Positions 1 to 16,700 are shown, numbered from the stretch's first letter. The stretch: 64,000 nt of DNA from Chlorokybus atmophyticus (GCA_009103225.1 RHPI01000772.1:561312-625311), one strand, 5' to 3'. Numbers and translations are program-made. Notes: generated from the letters alone by a model not told the origin.

Positions 1-3056
<3,056 letters not shown>

Positions 3057-3592
3057 GTAACTGTCGACGCACCCCACACTCTGCCGGCGGCCCGCACAGG
3101 CTCCGGGCGTTGCAAGCAGGCAGTCACTGTGTCGCATCAGCGCCCCCCGGCCCCCAACTCAGCATGCACAGACAGCCACCACCGCACCCTTCGCCCCAAA
3201 CGCCACCAGCGCCCAAACCCTCTCCTTTCCCCACCCACACACCGACACCGACATAAAGAATGAATGATGGCGGCCGTGACATGCCCCATGGCACGCGCGG
3301 TACTGGGGCTGTACTGTATTATCCACGGTGTGTTGTACAGTCTACCCTCGCTGTTAACATAGTCGGAATATGGATTAACCTCGCCATAAGACTAAACTCT
3401 CAGGGGGCCCTTGCTAAACAGCTACGGGCAGAAGAATAGTCTTAGCTGCGTAGGGAAGGTTACAGTACACGTCAATTGACACGCAATATGCCAAAACGAG
3501 AAGAAATCACGGATATATGTGTAGATAGGCTTTTCTGAGAAGTAGATGCAAGACAAGCAAGTGCAAAGCAGCGCAACGCAAGCAGAAACAAG

Positions 3593-3738
3593 GGGCAAGG
3601 CAGGGCTTTATTCCATCAGCATGGGCATACACGCTAGCTATATGCTCTGCTAAGTGCATGCGTGCAAGAAGGGCGGTGGTGTGGGGTGGGTGAATGAGGG
3701 CAGGACAGGGCAGCAAGCACAGCAACCAACCTGAAGCA
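3593..3738. repeat. Degenerate dispersed repeat, copy A; related segments at ~20985-21005, 28942-28969 (inverted), 33243-33388 and 51520-51548
   Basis: Shares AACCAACCTGAAGCA (3724-3738 = 33374-33388) and GCTAAGTGCA (3649-3658 = 33320-33329) in the same order with the 33.3 kb copy. Confidence 0.5.
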
Positions 3739-6255
3739 ACACGTGCTGTGTATATGAGTTTATTTGGTTCCATTGAATGCAAGGGCAGCGGCCGGCGAGA
3801 AGTACTGATCGTGCATGTGGATGCCTAATGTGCAGGCTGGAAATTGACCCGCCTCACACCATACATATGATGACGACTTTGGGTATCATGCTTGCATAAT
3901 GAACGCAATGCTAGTATATACAATGTGGCGTGGAATGACGCATGCATAGAACATGCAAGGAGTGTGACTGGACAACAACATGCAAGCAACAACCATCATC
4001 AGCATGTTACCACCGGGCTCATTTACTCTACTTGAACTACCACTAACTCCACCACCCTGTTAGAAATGCAAACATGCATGCAATCCTCATTACCTGTCCA
4101 CATGGATGCTTTTCGCAAACTTCGTATGAACTTTTTTAAGATTCACTTTCACGATCAATGAAGCAGATAGTTCATGTACCTCAAAGGATCAAGTGAAGCA
4201 ATTAGCGGCAAAGTTGAATCATGCTGAATTCTTTGGTTTTATTGGTGAACTGATATTTCACAAGTGGAATAGTTAGTTTATGGTGGCGAGGCAAATGCCG
4301 CAAAAACGATTGAGTTCCCCAGGCCGCTAGCGAATTGCGAGCTTGCACGCAAGGTGAGGGCCGCGCGGCCTCCCACGATCGCAAGCATGAAAATGGTGGA
4401 AGAACATAACCACTAGTTGAGTGTTTAAAGAACTAACCATTACTTTACAAGTGCATTAAGGTTAAAATCCTAACCTGTAAGAGTTATGAGATAGAGCAAT
4501 AAGCAGGGCCAAAGCCGCTTGTTTGAAAGTGAACTATATTTGGTTAACCATGAACTATTGAATACAGCATAACCTCCCTGTCAGAGACCTTAGAGTAAAA
4601 GATCATGCTTTATGAGAGACTTATATTCAGGAACAGACTTTCACCACTTAAAATCTCTTCGTTCTGGAAGCAAGAAACCTCGCAGTAGGAGACCTTAACA
4701 TCATCAATGTTCTCTTACACGGAGGGTACCTTGTGAAAGTGCATTGATAAGCATGGTTTATATGAATCATATTTTACTGAATATAGGCAAGTATTTTACA
4801 TGTATAACATGTCACAGCATTATATAGCATCACATCGCATAAAGCGTGATATCTGTAACGCAACCTTAATGTAAGAGCGTTGTCTCTTACATCGAGGAAA
4901 GAGGCCTTGTTTGTAAGAGGTAAAATGTGAAAGATAAACATGTCTTCTGGAGTGAGGTCATACTGTAGTTCACTTGCGCAATTTATACTATCGCGCAAAT
5001 CGACTAACACATAGACGTGGCCGTGTACAACTGCAACGCGTCAAAATGCGCCTCCCACGACGGCAAGGAAAGTTTGCACGGTTTTTAATTGTTGGGTACA
5101 TGAGAGGTTGGGAGTGAGCTGTTATGTCAAGCACTCCCACTAGGCCATGTGTAACAATTGGGGCCCAACCACTAGACTATGGTAGCAAAAGACACTACCA
5201 TGAATGAGGTCTGTCACAATTTATCCCAATTCGTGACATTCCTCCCCAATTTACCCTATGAGTTCCTCATAATCTAATAAGGCACTAGCCCACGTCACCG
5301 CGTTCGCGGCCGTACCACGATCGGTCTGCCCGCGGCCTGTTGGATCCGACCCAAGAACGGTACTAATTGACCGAACGGCCCATCCTCACCGGGCGACCTG
5401 CTATTGCAGCGCAATTGCTCACGCGGCCTTAGGTTGAACTGGCTCGGCGCGCAGGTTGTGATCCCGCGCCCAGCCTAGGGCAAGCCGCCCCGAATGCTAT
5501 TGTTTTTGCCTTGGATCTGCCTCAGTTCCCTACGGGAATTGAACCTGAGACGTCAAGCTCCAATACCAATGTCACAGCCCACTCGACCAGGTCTTTTATG
5601 GTCGAGTGGGCTGTGACACTATGTAGTGTAAAAAGGTGCTTACATGTTCAGGTTTTTTTAAGATTTATAATATTTCAAGTCCCCACCCAAGAGCTATCAT
5701 AACATGATTTAAGCGTTCAAGTAATATGAGGGATCTTAGTGGGCTAAGAGTGAATTAATGACATGCCTCGCGCCTCGAGTAGCTCATAGCATATGTTAAC
5801 TATTTCAACTAAAAGTGCGGAGCCACTCGCGGTAGGGGCCGATCAAGGGGGGCAAGTAGCTTGGAACCAAAGGTGAGGCTTAAATTATACTCCTATCATC
5901 TTTGGTGACCTACCGTATTTACCTCATTGAAGTCCCCCCCCCGAATACAATTCCCCCCTGCAAAACCAAGGGGGGATTTGTATTTGTGTGATAGAGTTCC
6001 CCCCCCCCCATTTAGTGTTCTCCTTAAAGAGAACTGTATTGCATGTATGCTTGCCTACCGTGCGTGAGTATCTGCATAACTGCCTGCCGTTTGTGCGTGG
6101 TGTGTGTGTGCTGCACAATGGTTGGCGCCTTGATTGTGCCATGTCAATGCGCGCATGCATGCGAATGTGAACAATAACAGACTTATGCATCAAGTCTCAT
6201 AGAAGGCTCATGCATAAGAGACTCACGCATCACTAGCATCGCTGATCTCGCTATC

Positions 6256-8652
6256 TCATACAAGGTTGATGCGCTCATCGGTAGCGCGAGCGTTGCGCTC
6301 ATTGTGTGCGTGCAGCTTTGCTAGCTCCTGCAGCATGCGCTCCTCCTGCTCTTTAAGGGGTAGCTCATCAATGTTCATGATGTCGTCGACATCATCGCGC
6401 TCAATATCCTCCGGCGCCCAATCTGCCTCGCACACACCTGCCTTTCGGAAAACGTTGACAATAGTGTGAACAGACAACTCCTCCCAACACTGCTGCACAT
6501 GTGCACAACGATGACCAGTCAACGTGCCGCATGTAGCCACCCGCCGTATATGAGTGGTTGGCTGGGCCAGCCATCCACAAAGCCCATTGAGCACATGCGC
6601 AGTCAGAGTCAGCATCACTAGTAAACAGGGTAGTTGTTGCTACTGCACATTGTTAACAAAGCTCACCTTCGCACGCAGCATATCCTTGAAAGGTTTGTTG
6701 ACGCCAACATCAAGCGGCTGCAAAATGGGAGTGCACCCACCAGGGATGACTGCTTGATCAACAGAGATGGCGCTGAGGCGTTCCTTCACAGAGTCACACC
6801 TGCATGATTGCAACATCAACACATGCATGCAATGGCAGCAACAGAAGTGATGTGCATGTGCGTGGCATGCACATGGCGTGCATGAAGCTATCAAACCAAA
6901 CCTGTGTGCTGAAAACGAGTCCCAGATGAGCAGTGCTCGTTTACCAAACACTCGCTTTGACCTCTTCCGCATCACCGCATCCACCCACTCCACCGTATGG
7001 GCCTCGTCCATCCATCCCTTCTCGTTAGCCCACACCAGTATCCCCTGCGGCACCACCAAGTCGTTGGGGATAGTCTTGCGCTTGAGAATAATAACAGGTG
7101 GTAGCTTTGTGCCGTCCAAAGCACACGCTAGCACCACCGTCACATTCTTCTTCTCACTTCCTGCCAATGTGCAGACTCATCACACGACGTTTTTCATGTG
7201 TGTATAACATTCAGCATTTATTATACAATTGCATCACGCACTTGTAGTAAATGAGCATTTGTTGCATTGCACCTTCTTCTTGGAGTAAACTATTATTAAC
7301 ATAAATGCACGCAAAAATGTATAGCATTGCCAACACAACACAGCTTTCGTTAACACATGTGCATGCTTACAAGTCGTGCGCATAGTCACGGTTTAACTGC
7401 CTTACTGATTGACTGTCCGACCAGCCATCATATCCACTGTCACGGGTACCTCATGTGACTGGAGGCATATCTGACGCTCTTTCATATATGTGATGTAGAT
7501 GCGATGCCCCTCAACTTTCTCGGCAACATCATGAGGCAGTTTCTGCCCCACCTTCGTATGGCGACGCACGGTGAGATCATGGCGCGCCATGAAACGCACG
7601 ACCCAATTCAAGGACACCCTTAAGGTCCAAATGTTCGCATCGTCATCAGCGCTTTCATTGTGCTCCACAATCAAGTGTTGGGCCTGCAACTGCACAGGCA
7701 AACAACATGATCATGCGCATGCACATTGACTGCCGCATGCCACATACACATGCATGCTAACTGGGTCATGCCACACTCGCAACAGCTGATTGTAATTACT
7801 CTGATCATGGCTTGGGTGACTCTAAGCCCGCGGGAACGTCAATCTACAATGTAATCATACACCACAGCATCCAGCTCGGGATAAGCAACCCCCCTGCCAC
7901 CACCCTTCAATCTGCAGTCGCTAGCACAGGCAGCCATTGTCTCCAACTCTTGGCGAAGCCACTTTCGCAGAGATGGAGCATGGACGCCATGCTCTCTCTC
8001 CGTCTTCCTAATGCCTATATGCTTTGCTATTTGAATGAGCTTGCGCTGTGGAGTTAAATAGCAACTAGTTAGCAGCTAGCAGCGGACACGGCAACAACAC
8101 AACAGTTAATCAGCAGCAACAATGACGATAAAGACACGCGCACACACATTGCTGACAACACAACGTCACGACGCAACACACAGACAATAACGACAACAAT
8201 ACCGTGCAACACACGCACACAGCAACGACACCAACACAGCAACAACACAATGCAGCACATGCACACATCAACAACATTAACACAACAACAACACAATGCA
8301 GCACACGCACACAGCAACAACACGACACACACATGCACATGCACGCACTGCAACGACACACGCACACACACACATTGCTGACTGATTGACACACCTTCTG
8401 ATGGATGCTGAAGGCTCGGCGCTTGTACCGCCGACCTTCACCGTTGGTGCGGCGGGTTGCGTGCACACATTTCCCAATGCCAGTTGGACGGTAGCCTCTA
8501 GCGTCTCGCTGCTCCTCTACTGCGACATTTGCTGCAGCATCGCTTGCCCTTGCAGCTGCTTCAGCTGCAATCGTTGCCGCCTCCTCCGCTTCGTCGGCCT
8601 GCCTCTTCTATCGATGCTGAGCAGCCAGTCTGGCTGCTGCCGCTCCTACCAT
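6256..8652 (-). pseudogene. Spliced pogo-type transposase pseudogene (HTH_psq-like, HTH_Tnp_Tc5/CENP-B and DDE_1 domains)
   Basis: Motifs include RRAFSIHQK, SLNWVVRFMARHDLTVRRHTKVGQKLP, KKNVTVVLACALDGTKLPPVIILK, LLIWDSFSAH and VIPGGCTPILQPLDVGVNKPFKD. There are in-frame stops (e.g. TAG at 8608-8610), a frameshift near 7890, and the first catalytic NMDE motif is eroded. Confidence 0.88.
8070..8390 (+). repeat. Low-complexity CAA/CAC-rich tract (TG-rich on the minus strand) filling the first transposase intron
   Basis: Repeated acaacaacacgcacac-like units are visible and produce the Cys/Val-rich spurious ORFs in the track. Confidence 0.8.
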
Positions 8653-9792
8653 CACCCCGCCGTCAACTACGTCGGCTACCTCGCCGCCGCCGCCGCCTAT
8701 GCTCTGTTTGCTTCACGTATGGCGGGAAGTTCGTGTGAAAAGCAAGCGCGGGGGGTCGCTGATATCATTGTCTCCGCCTGCGAGACGGCGATGTGAGCGG
8801 CATCCCTGCTACAAAATAGAGTTCCCCTATACGAATAGAGTTCCCCCACGAATAGAGTTCCCCCTGGCAAAATCTGGGGGGGAACTGTATAAAAAGGGGA
8901 AACTCTAATGGGGTAAATACGGTAGTAGTTGTTAACTCAACATACCATGGTTTGGGGGTGTACAGTCACATGTGAAGAAGTTTGTGAATCGCTGTATATG
9001 AGGTTTGTGTGTTATTTTATTGAGCCGCCTTACACACTTGATTAGCAGTTAGCGGTAACAGCGCTATAGTTGGCTAGCCCGCTGGTGAACATGACATGGT
9101 GGTGTCTGTGATGTGAGCATGTGAACTGCATGTAGTATGCATGATCATTGGTGCATTACATTGTTAGTATACTCAAAAAGTAACACAGTTAACGTACATT
9201 GCCAATGTTGTAGTTAACGCTAATCGAGCACGAACAACAATTCACTGCGCTTCCTTAGTAAGCAAAGAGTGTTATCGTATGCCAGCTCTTTTTGGCAGCG
9301 CTGAGTTGCAGGCTGTATCGTGACCCTGCAGTGTCCGTCATCATGCATATTGCGGCATGCTTGGAAAGCTGGAGAAGTACAACAATCTTAAGTGCACTAC
9401 ACCTTTACAACCCATCTACATACCGGTATAATAAATGGACATTAAACAATATGTGAGCTCAGTATGCTTCTGCATAACGTTGGATGATGATAGCCGTACC
9501 TCACACCAACAATTCTGTGCCGCAGTATGCCGCACCCAATAACCCTTTTCAGTTTACAACCTAGGCACAACCCCGGCACTGACTGTGACTCCAATCATGG
9601 TAGTCTTCAACTTACATGCACGTCAAGCAGATGCAGTAAAGTGAAAAGAGACAGACACCCAACAAGTGTAGCAGTGCTGCAACTCCAATATATATTGCAA
9701 GTGAACAAAGGACACCAGTTTACACTACTACAGTTGCTCAGGCATCAGGGGGGCTGTGTTTATGTCACTAGAAACATGCGCGCATGCAGCAT

Positions 9793-10811
9793 TTAGACTT
9801 GGTAGCCGTAGTTGATCTCAAGGGTGGGGTCATTGCTGAAGATCTGTGCAGGGTTGCGCTCAATGGGGTCAGCGTAGCGCAGGTACGCTGCGAAGCCGTC
9901 GAGCGTATCTGTGCGCACGCCCGCCAGCAGGTACTTCTGCGGCTGGATCTGGAAGTCGTTGTCTGACGGGAACCTCGCGCGCGCACCCAGTGCCAGGAAT
10001 GGCTGGAGGTTCCTTGTGCGTGCCTTGTACTCTACCTGCGTGACCATGAACACGAACACAAGCTCAACCGGCTGACATGGGTGCGTTCAAGGCTAAAGGC
10101 AGACTTCAGTCAAAAGGTTTCCAAGCAGCAGTCAATCAAAATATGTCGACTACAAGCTTGTAGAACGTAGCCCGTCCACGATAGGCATATCTCCATGTGC
10201 GTGCATAGGCTTTGTGTTGCTTACGTGTGTGTAGAGCTCAGGTGTGACAGACTTGACAGTGCCCTTGGTGACATCAGGCTCAAGAAGATTGAGACGGCCG
10301 CCAACGACCCACGGGAGATACTCGTCGGCGATGTTGAGCCTCTGCGGGGACGCCTCGTAGCCCACATTCAACTGGAAGGCGGTGGCGTCCAGCTTCTCCC
10401 GACCCAACGACTTGTCAAGGTTCCAGCCTGGACAAAACACCACATAAGCAAGGTTCTCAGCATAACTTCTACCAGGTAGGTGTCACGTGCGCTACACACG
10501 GCATAGCACCAGCCAGCGACGTGGTCTTTACCTGCTGAAAGGTTGAGGGCAGTCCAGTCGCCCACTCGGAGCTGCAGGCACGAAAAGACGGCCGGTCAGT
10601 GGGGTAACTTAGCAAGGCACAGAGTGAAAACTCCCACGCAGCTCGACACGACCAGACAGCTGGTAACCTTTGAGTAAGCACATGCAACTTTGTAAACGGG
10701 TGCAACAGCAAGAAACTGCTACGGCGACAAGGCCGCAAAGCAGTAGACTACTGCCCCGACCTTGGACAAGTCCATGCCAAGGAAGTCTGTACGCTTGGTG
10801 TGATGAGCCAT
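9793..10811 (-). CDS. Four-exon protein of unknown function (~175 aa), beta-strand-rich, candidate organellar outer-membrane beta-barrel
   Basis: GT-AG exons join in frame: MAHHTKRTDFLGMDLSK|LRVGDWTALNLSAG|WNLDKSLGREK...PELYTH|VEYKARTRNLQPFLALGARARF...DPTLEINYGYQV*. Exon codon usage resembles that of neighbouring genes. The function is inferred only from alternating hydrophobic/polar segments. Confidence 0.7.
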
Positions 10812-12071
10812 GATGTGTGAAGGCCTGCTACTCCTGCTTTGGCCAACAACAGACTTGCGGGGCAGAGCGGCGAAGACGACGACTAGGCCACGCTCAAGGG
10901 CACGGACACCGCTAGCAACAACAATGCAAACGCCGCCGCTGAGAGAAACGGCAAACACAAATGCGCGACAATGATGCCAGCCGCAACCCTTACTGCAGCT
11001 GCCGCAGCACAGCAAACCTGTAGTTTCGCTACTAAGTAAGCGAAAGCAATCTTGCATGCCAATGGCGAATTCAAGCCGTTTGTGTCAACTAGCAGGATCT
11101 CGCTAATTGGCTAGCTGATCTAAGATTCTTTGGGCGCACAAGCTGACGTCAGCAACGCGTCAGGTCTGCGCCCGAAGCATCTGTCCGTTGTGTGTGTACG
11201 CCAGTTGTACACCCGTCGTTGGATGCTGATAGGGCGCGCGAGCGGCCGTGGGATAAGGTTCCGCCTGCCCGCACGTTAGCTGGCGCGCGGCGTCGCGTCA
11301 GCACGTCAAGATGACGGGATCTCATTATGGGGCTGTTCAACTTGAAGGCCCTTTTGGTTTGGGGGCTCGCCAACGGATAGAAAGAATCTGCGTATAGGAA
11401 ACTGGTGCGTTGCACTCGACCACCCGGTTGTAAGTGTGAGGCCCGGCATTGAGTTCAAGCTTAGCGGTGTTTGGAATATAGGGCTGTTATTAAACCTGGG
11501 TTTGGGCACTTACGAACATAGAACATCACCAAGAACATTAATGTTCTTCATGCGTCCCACTAACAGTATAAAGTTCACATTCAATGTCCTAGTTCCGAAT
11601 TGCATCATAATACGAACAGACTCGCAAGTAACAAACGTTTTCATAATTCCGAGATCTCAAGTACATAATATCTTATATCTTGATATAATTGTAAATAGCA
11701 TAAAATGCGGAAATTGTAATATACATATTTACACACGAACACGCTTTATTCCTTATAATGCAGAACATTACACAAGAACATTGCTGATATCTTATGGTAC
11801 ATCAGCAATTAATAATGATGCACAGTATATCTCTAATCTCATATACATGTACCACATACGTGCTGCTATGTGCTTGTTTGTTTTTAATTGCAAATCTTGA
11901 ACAAAACAATAACCTTTTACGACAAAGTTTGTTCAGTAATGGCCGTTCAGCAAGCAAAAACAAACGTTCTTTGTTTACGGTATATTCACGAACATAATTG
12001 TTCAAACCTAGCCCTATTTTTGTGCTGTACATGGCTATATGACACTGCTTGTATCATCTATACATCCCCCC

Positions 12072-12117
12072 CTTCCACGCTGTGGGGAGAGTAAGGGTAG
12101 GTGCAGGCTTCAAGCAC
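12072..12117 (+). repeat. Exact 46-bp copy of 857-902, preceded by a C run and ending at the N gap (12118-12145); probable assembly artefact
   Basis: CTTCCACGCTGTGGGGAGAGTAAGGGTAGGTGCAGGCTTCAAGCAC occurs at both positions, offset 11215. Confidence 0.85.
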
Positions 12118-13703
12118 NNNNNNNNNNNNNNNNNNNNNNNNNNNNAGCGGCGACGTCTCCAGCGCCCGCCAGCGCTGACCCCCCCATCTTGCCACCATTC
12201 AATGTGTTTAGGCCCTAATTAAATCTCCCGTTTTTTAAGATCCACGGAGGCGTCGAGAGTTTTAATAAGAATTTGTTCAACTAGCAAACAACGGAGCTTG
12301 CAAATTGGTAAAGTCCAACCGCCCTGTATGCACACTCCATCTATGCACATCCACAATGTATGCACATTTTGTACGGGAACACATGCCCTAGTCAAGTTAC
12401 CATACGTAAACACTTGCACGCTCAATCCAAATAAACCCTATAGACCATTTATGCATACATAACTAGAGGACGGACTAAATTCATCTTACATAGAATGTAT
12501 GTTATAAATATTGCACTCACTGTTGGATTTTAATAAGTACAAGACATATGTGCTCGATCAATAACATATAATTGATATCCCGTATTGCAATACATACATT
12601 GTGCACGCTGAGAGGTTTATGCGCGGTATGCACAATATGCCTGGTTGAAAGGAAGCACACCATTCCTAAGCTCCAATTGTGTGCTTTGAATGAGGACGAT
12701 AACGAACGAATTTGCATTTGCATTATTGTAAATGGACCCTCAGCGGTAGGGAACATGTGAACGTTCCCTTATTGGCCCGATGCTATTGACAAACGGCGAC
12801 CTGCTGCAGTTTGCAACTACTGCATCCATAAAACACGAGCCTCGCATTGCCTCATGCAGTACATATATGCCATGGCAGCAATGTCAAACGAGCGAAGCTC
12901 AAAGCAAATCCATGGCATTACATGATGTGTGTTACGAACCATTTTATAATGTGAGACACTATATATTATATGTACTGTATTGTTATAGGAAAGTAGCTTG
13001 TATGATCTACATGTACATTGACATCAGCTAATTTTTCAATAGGTACATCGATCATATATAATGAATGCATCATGACAATTGTCGACATGTGAGGTACGTA
13101 CAGAGTAACCATACCTTACATGGACGTCTCATGTTAGTCATTGCTTTTGACATTATTGCCGGCTTTACTAAATGTTCATATCACATACGACTTGCAAAAC
13201 AACAGCTTCCTGCTTATCATGTTATGAAAGCGAAGCGGCCATTACGCTGCAATGCACACGGTTGGGTGACAACGGAAATGCTGAAATGCTTGATGATTAT
13301 GCTTGTTTGTCGACTCATTTGCACCGCAAATGTTTTTGGATTGAGATATAAAAACACATCACAATAAGATGCAAAGTAACATGGCTTGGTATTGGTATAG
13401 TCACCTATTGACAGTCCATGAATGCACCACCATCACATGCACGTCTGATGCACATGAGGCACATGTACAAGGTAATAGTCACCTACTGGCAGTCCATTCC
13501 ACGCATTCGCCACATTATCTCAAGCACCAGAAAGTGTCAGTGCGAATGCGTTGCAACTCTTGAAGTATTTCTTAAGAGCTGTACAAGATGTAGCTACGTA
13601 CTCGAAGCATGCTGCAATTGTTATTGAGGAGCACATCGTGCAAATATCATGGCATAGCAGCATGTGTTGGTGCGCCAATGCTTTAACTACCAATCTCACA
13701 TGC

Positions 13704-16700
13704 CTAGCTTTGCTTCCAACTACTTGATGAGGTAGACACAATAACCTCCACCTGCAGGTATGCGCATTGCTGGTAAGCATAATGTTGATGACAAACAAGA
13801 CAAAGAGGATGTCAACTCACCTTCTGATTGAGCGGATCATCTTTTGGCAAAAGGGGCTCGATTGTAGACAGCACATCGCGCATAAGAGGTCGTTGCTCCT
13901 TGGTTCGAGATGCGCACCTCAAGGCTACCTCTATAATGCTGCGCGCCTGAAAGCAAATGCCCACAACCAACCATCAGTGAGCCATGCCCAACATGGACAA
14001 TCTGTAAGGCACGAACTCCTGCACGCGGCTTGTACTTCTTGGCCCATACCTGCTCCAGGTTGAGCATTGGCAGTGTTGCATCCAGAACAGTTTCGACCTG
14101 GTTCGCATCATATTTACGTTGCACCTGCCAGGCAACAGAGAACCGTGTCATGAGAAGCCAACATTGCACACAAGCCACTGCCTGTATGCACGGAAATTTT
14201 ACATACCCACAGCATGGTCCACTGTTCGCCTGAGGGCCTGCTCATGTCCAAGGGAGTGCGACCAGTCACGAGCTCCAGGAGCACAATGCCGTAAGCGTAC
14301 ACATCACATGAGTAGTCGACACGACCAAGCTCAGCATACTCTGGGCTCGTGTAACCTGCAGTACCCACCACACGCGTGGTGTGGCTCACGCGGTGTTCAT
14401 TCAAGCACTTAGCCAAGCCGAAGTCGCTGATCTGTACAAGAATACATTGTTGGTTACTCTCATGTAGCAACTCAATCACCAGACACATGGTTTGCAGATA
14501 AACGAAGCAACAAGGAGTAAACCTTGGGGACAAGCGACTCGTCTAGTCTGCACACAAGCAATGCATTAGAGCACATTACAGTAGGACCACACAGCACAAC
14601 CTTCTGGTAAGGGGGCAACACGCTTACAAAATGTTTGCCGGCTTGAAGTCGCGATGCACAATGTGTGCTACATCGTGCAGATACTGCAACCCTCTCGCCA
14701 TGCCAACCGCAATCCGTAACCGTTGCGTCCAGTCCAAAGGTTGCACTGCACAAGTTACACAGTAAGAGACGAGCGGGGTAGGTAACTATGTCATGCGCAT
14801 ATTGCGATGCACAAAAGCAGCCTACTGGGATCATGCATGCTGACCTGCACGGTGCAGCCGGTTTGCCAGATTGCCACCCGCCAAGAGCTCAAGCACTAGC
14901 AGCACATTCTCGTGCTCGGTGCAGTAGCCATGCATGCGCACCAAATTGGGGTGTTGCACACGCATCAATGCCTCCACTTCAGCCAGAAACTCAATTTCAC
15001 CCTGTCACAAACCAGGTGATGTTGTTTGCACCCCACAAATAGAACCAACAATGGACTGATACCAACACAGCCATGCTTACCTGCTGACCGCCCAACTCCA
15101 GGCGCTTGACCGCAAGGCGGGTGCCATTGGCAAAGTTGGCGATGTACACACCTCCAAAGCCGCCCCATCCCTATGAAACACATGATAGAGTGTGACGCAT
15201 GTCACTGCCAGAGGCAGACATTGCACTAAAGATGGCGATGATGATCTAATCAGCATGTATACAAGTGCTTGCAACAAGTGGATGCTACTTACCAAGATGT
15301 TGTCGGCGCTGAAACGTCCGGTAGCTGCATGCAAGTCGCTGTACTTGAAGATCATGGTGCTGCCATCGTTGACAATCCCTGCCTCAAAATCGTGACCGCC
15401 GACAGCTGTCAACAGACGCAGGCAGTAAGACTAGCAGAAACATGTTGTGCAACAAGCATTCAGGACAACCGGCACAGGTGACTTACGCGCAGTAGGAGAA
15501 AGTGGTGCTTTAGCTTCATAGTAGTCGGCATCCTTGCCACCGGCATTCTGTTTTCTCTTGCGCCACCATACAAAGAGCAGCACCGCAGCGATGAGCACCA
15601 CTGCTACTCCTGCATAGCCAACGATATGTTTGGTCGTTTGAAGGTTGACAGCTGCTCAGACCTTACCCACTAACCAACGTGCTTCTTGACGCACGTTGTG
15701 CTACAGATGCACCAGTGCTTACCTGCAATAGCACCAATAATCGCGCCGACAGAGCTGCCTCCACCACCATTGCTGCCGGGTGGTGAGGGTGTTGACGGGG
15801 AGGACGGCCCAACCACAGCATAGATAGCCGCTGCTGTTGGCCCGCCGCACTGCATGCATAAGCCCAGATAGTGTTAGTGCTTAAAAACTGCCGCTGGTAG
15901 GGCTGAAGGGTTACTGACAAAGAGGCTGACCTTCTGTGTAGCATCTCCAGCACAATTGGCGGAGCACAAGTCATCCGGTGATGCCTTTGAGCACTGGAAG
16001 GCTCCGCATATACACTGGTTACCGTTTTGCACAGCAAACTGCGAGGATCCCTGGCAAAGCTGATTGCAACTGTGGTGGGGATTGACATCAACAATTAGCT
16101 ATCAACGTGTGTTCCATGCCTTCATGCAAGCACCATGTCAAAGCCATACCATAAGCCACCCACCTGTCCAGAGTCAAGTCGGCTACATTATCATGAGTTG
16201 TGGTCGCTTGGGTGGTGCCCAGATCGGATGAGAAGGACGAGTTACTGAAGCAGCAGCCCCTAAATTGAGTTTGATAGTCTGGACAGGACAGCGACCATCA
16301 GCATGAGCATAGCAGTCTTGATAGAGCCTTGCACCCGTCACGCCAACACAGATAGGAGGGAAGACACGACGATGAATGATACAGAGCACAACATGTCATC
16401 CTCACCGTTCTCGATGTCCAACTGGCAGAGAGTAGCACCGATGCCGCGCTGATCACTCTGCTGACAATTCCAGTCGATGAATTGACCAGCTTGCACCGTG
16501 GTGACCAAGTTTCCGTATGCATCGGTGATGTTGAGTGGGCTGTCACCGCGCAGCGCCACGCAGTTGGAAGCCCCGCCTGATGGTTCTGTCGCTGCCCAGT
16601 TGGTGTACGCCACCGGAAGATCAGGATCAGCCTCCCAGACATATGTTCCAGGCTGCCCAAAAACGTCTATAAGTGTATAATCGCCCAGGCAACATGCGTG

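Larger units (their letters stand above)
5913..8922 (-). mobile_element. Tc1/mariner-superfamily DNA transposon, pogo/Tc2-like, decayed
   Basis: The left end CCGTATTTACCTCATT and the reverse complement of the right end CCGTATTTACCCCATT form TIRs. TA flanks both ends (5911-5912, 8923-8924). An internal DDE_1-type transposase is present. Confidence 0.92.

Noticed and set aside
4774-5030. Exon-like minus-strand segment (VVHGHVYVLVDLRD..FLD) with AG/GT flanks
   Set aside because: No recognisable motif and no partner exons; it could be chance or a relic too eroded to call.
5570-5618. Hairpin as a CRESS-DNA origin or Helitron 3' end
   Set aside because: The 9-nt loop GGTCTTTTA does not match the NANTATTAC nonanucleotide, no CTRR terminus sits at the expected distance, and no Rep gene is nearby.
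5913-8922. Possible Fanzor/TnpB cargo in the transposon
   Set aside because: All coding sequence is accounted for by the pogo transposase; no RuvC or zinc-finger motifs were seen.
9793-10811. Viral (NCLDV/polinton-like) major capsid fragment
   Set aside because: The protein is too short, has host-like introns, lacks capsid motifs, and has no neighbouring viral genes.
11436-12094. AT-rich ORFs of 67-154 aa
   Set aside because: Their composition matches the AT-rich promoter spacers seen throughout the window and they have no motifs.
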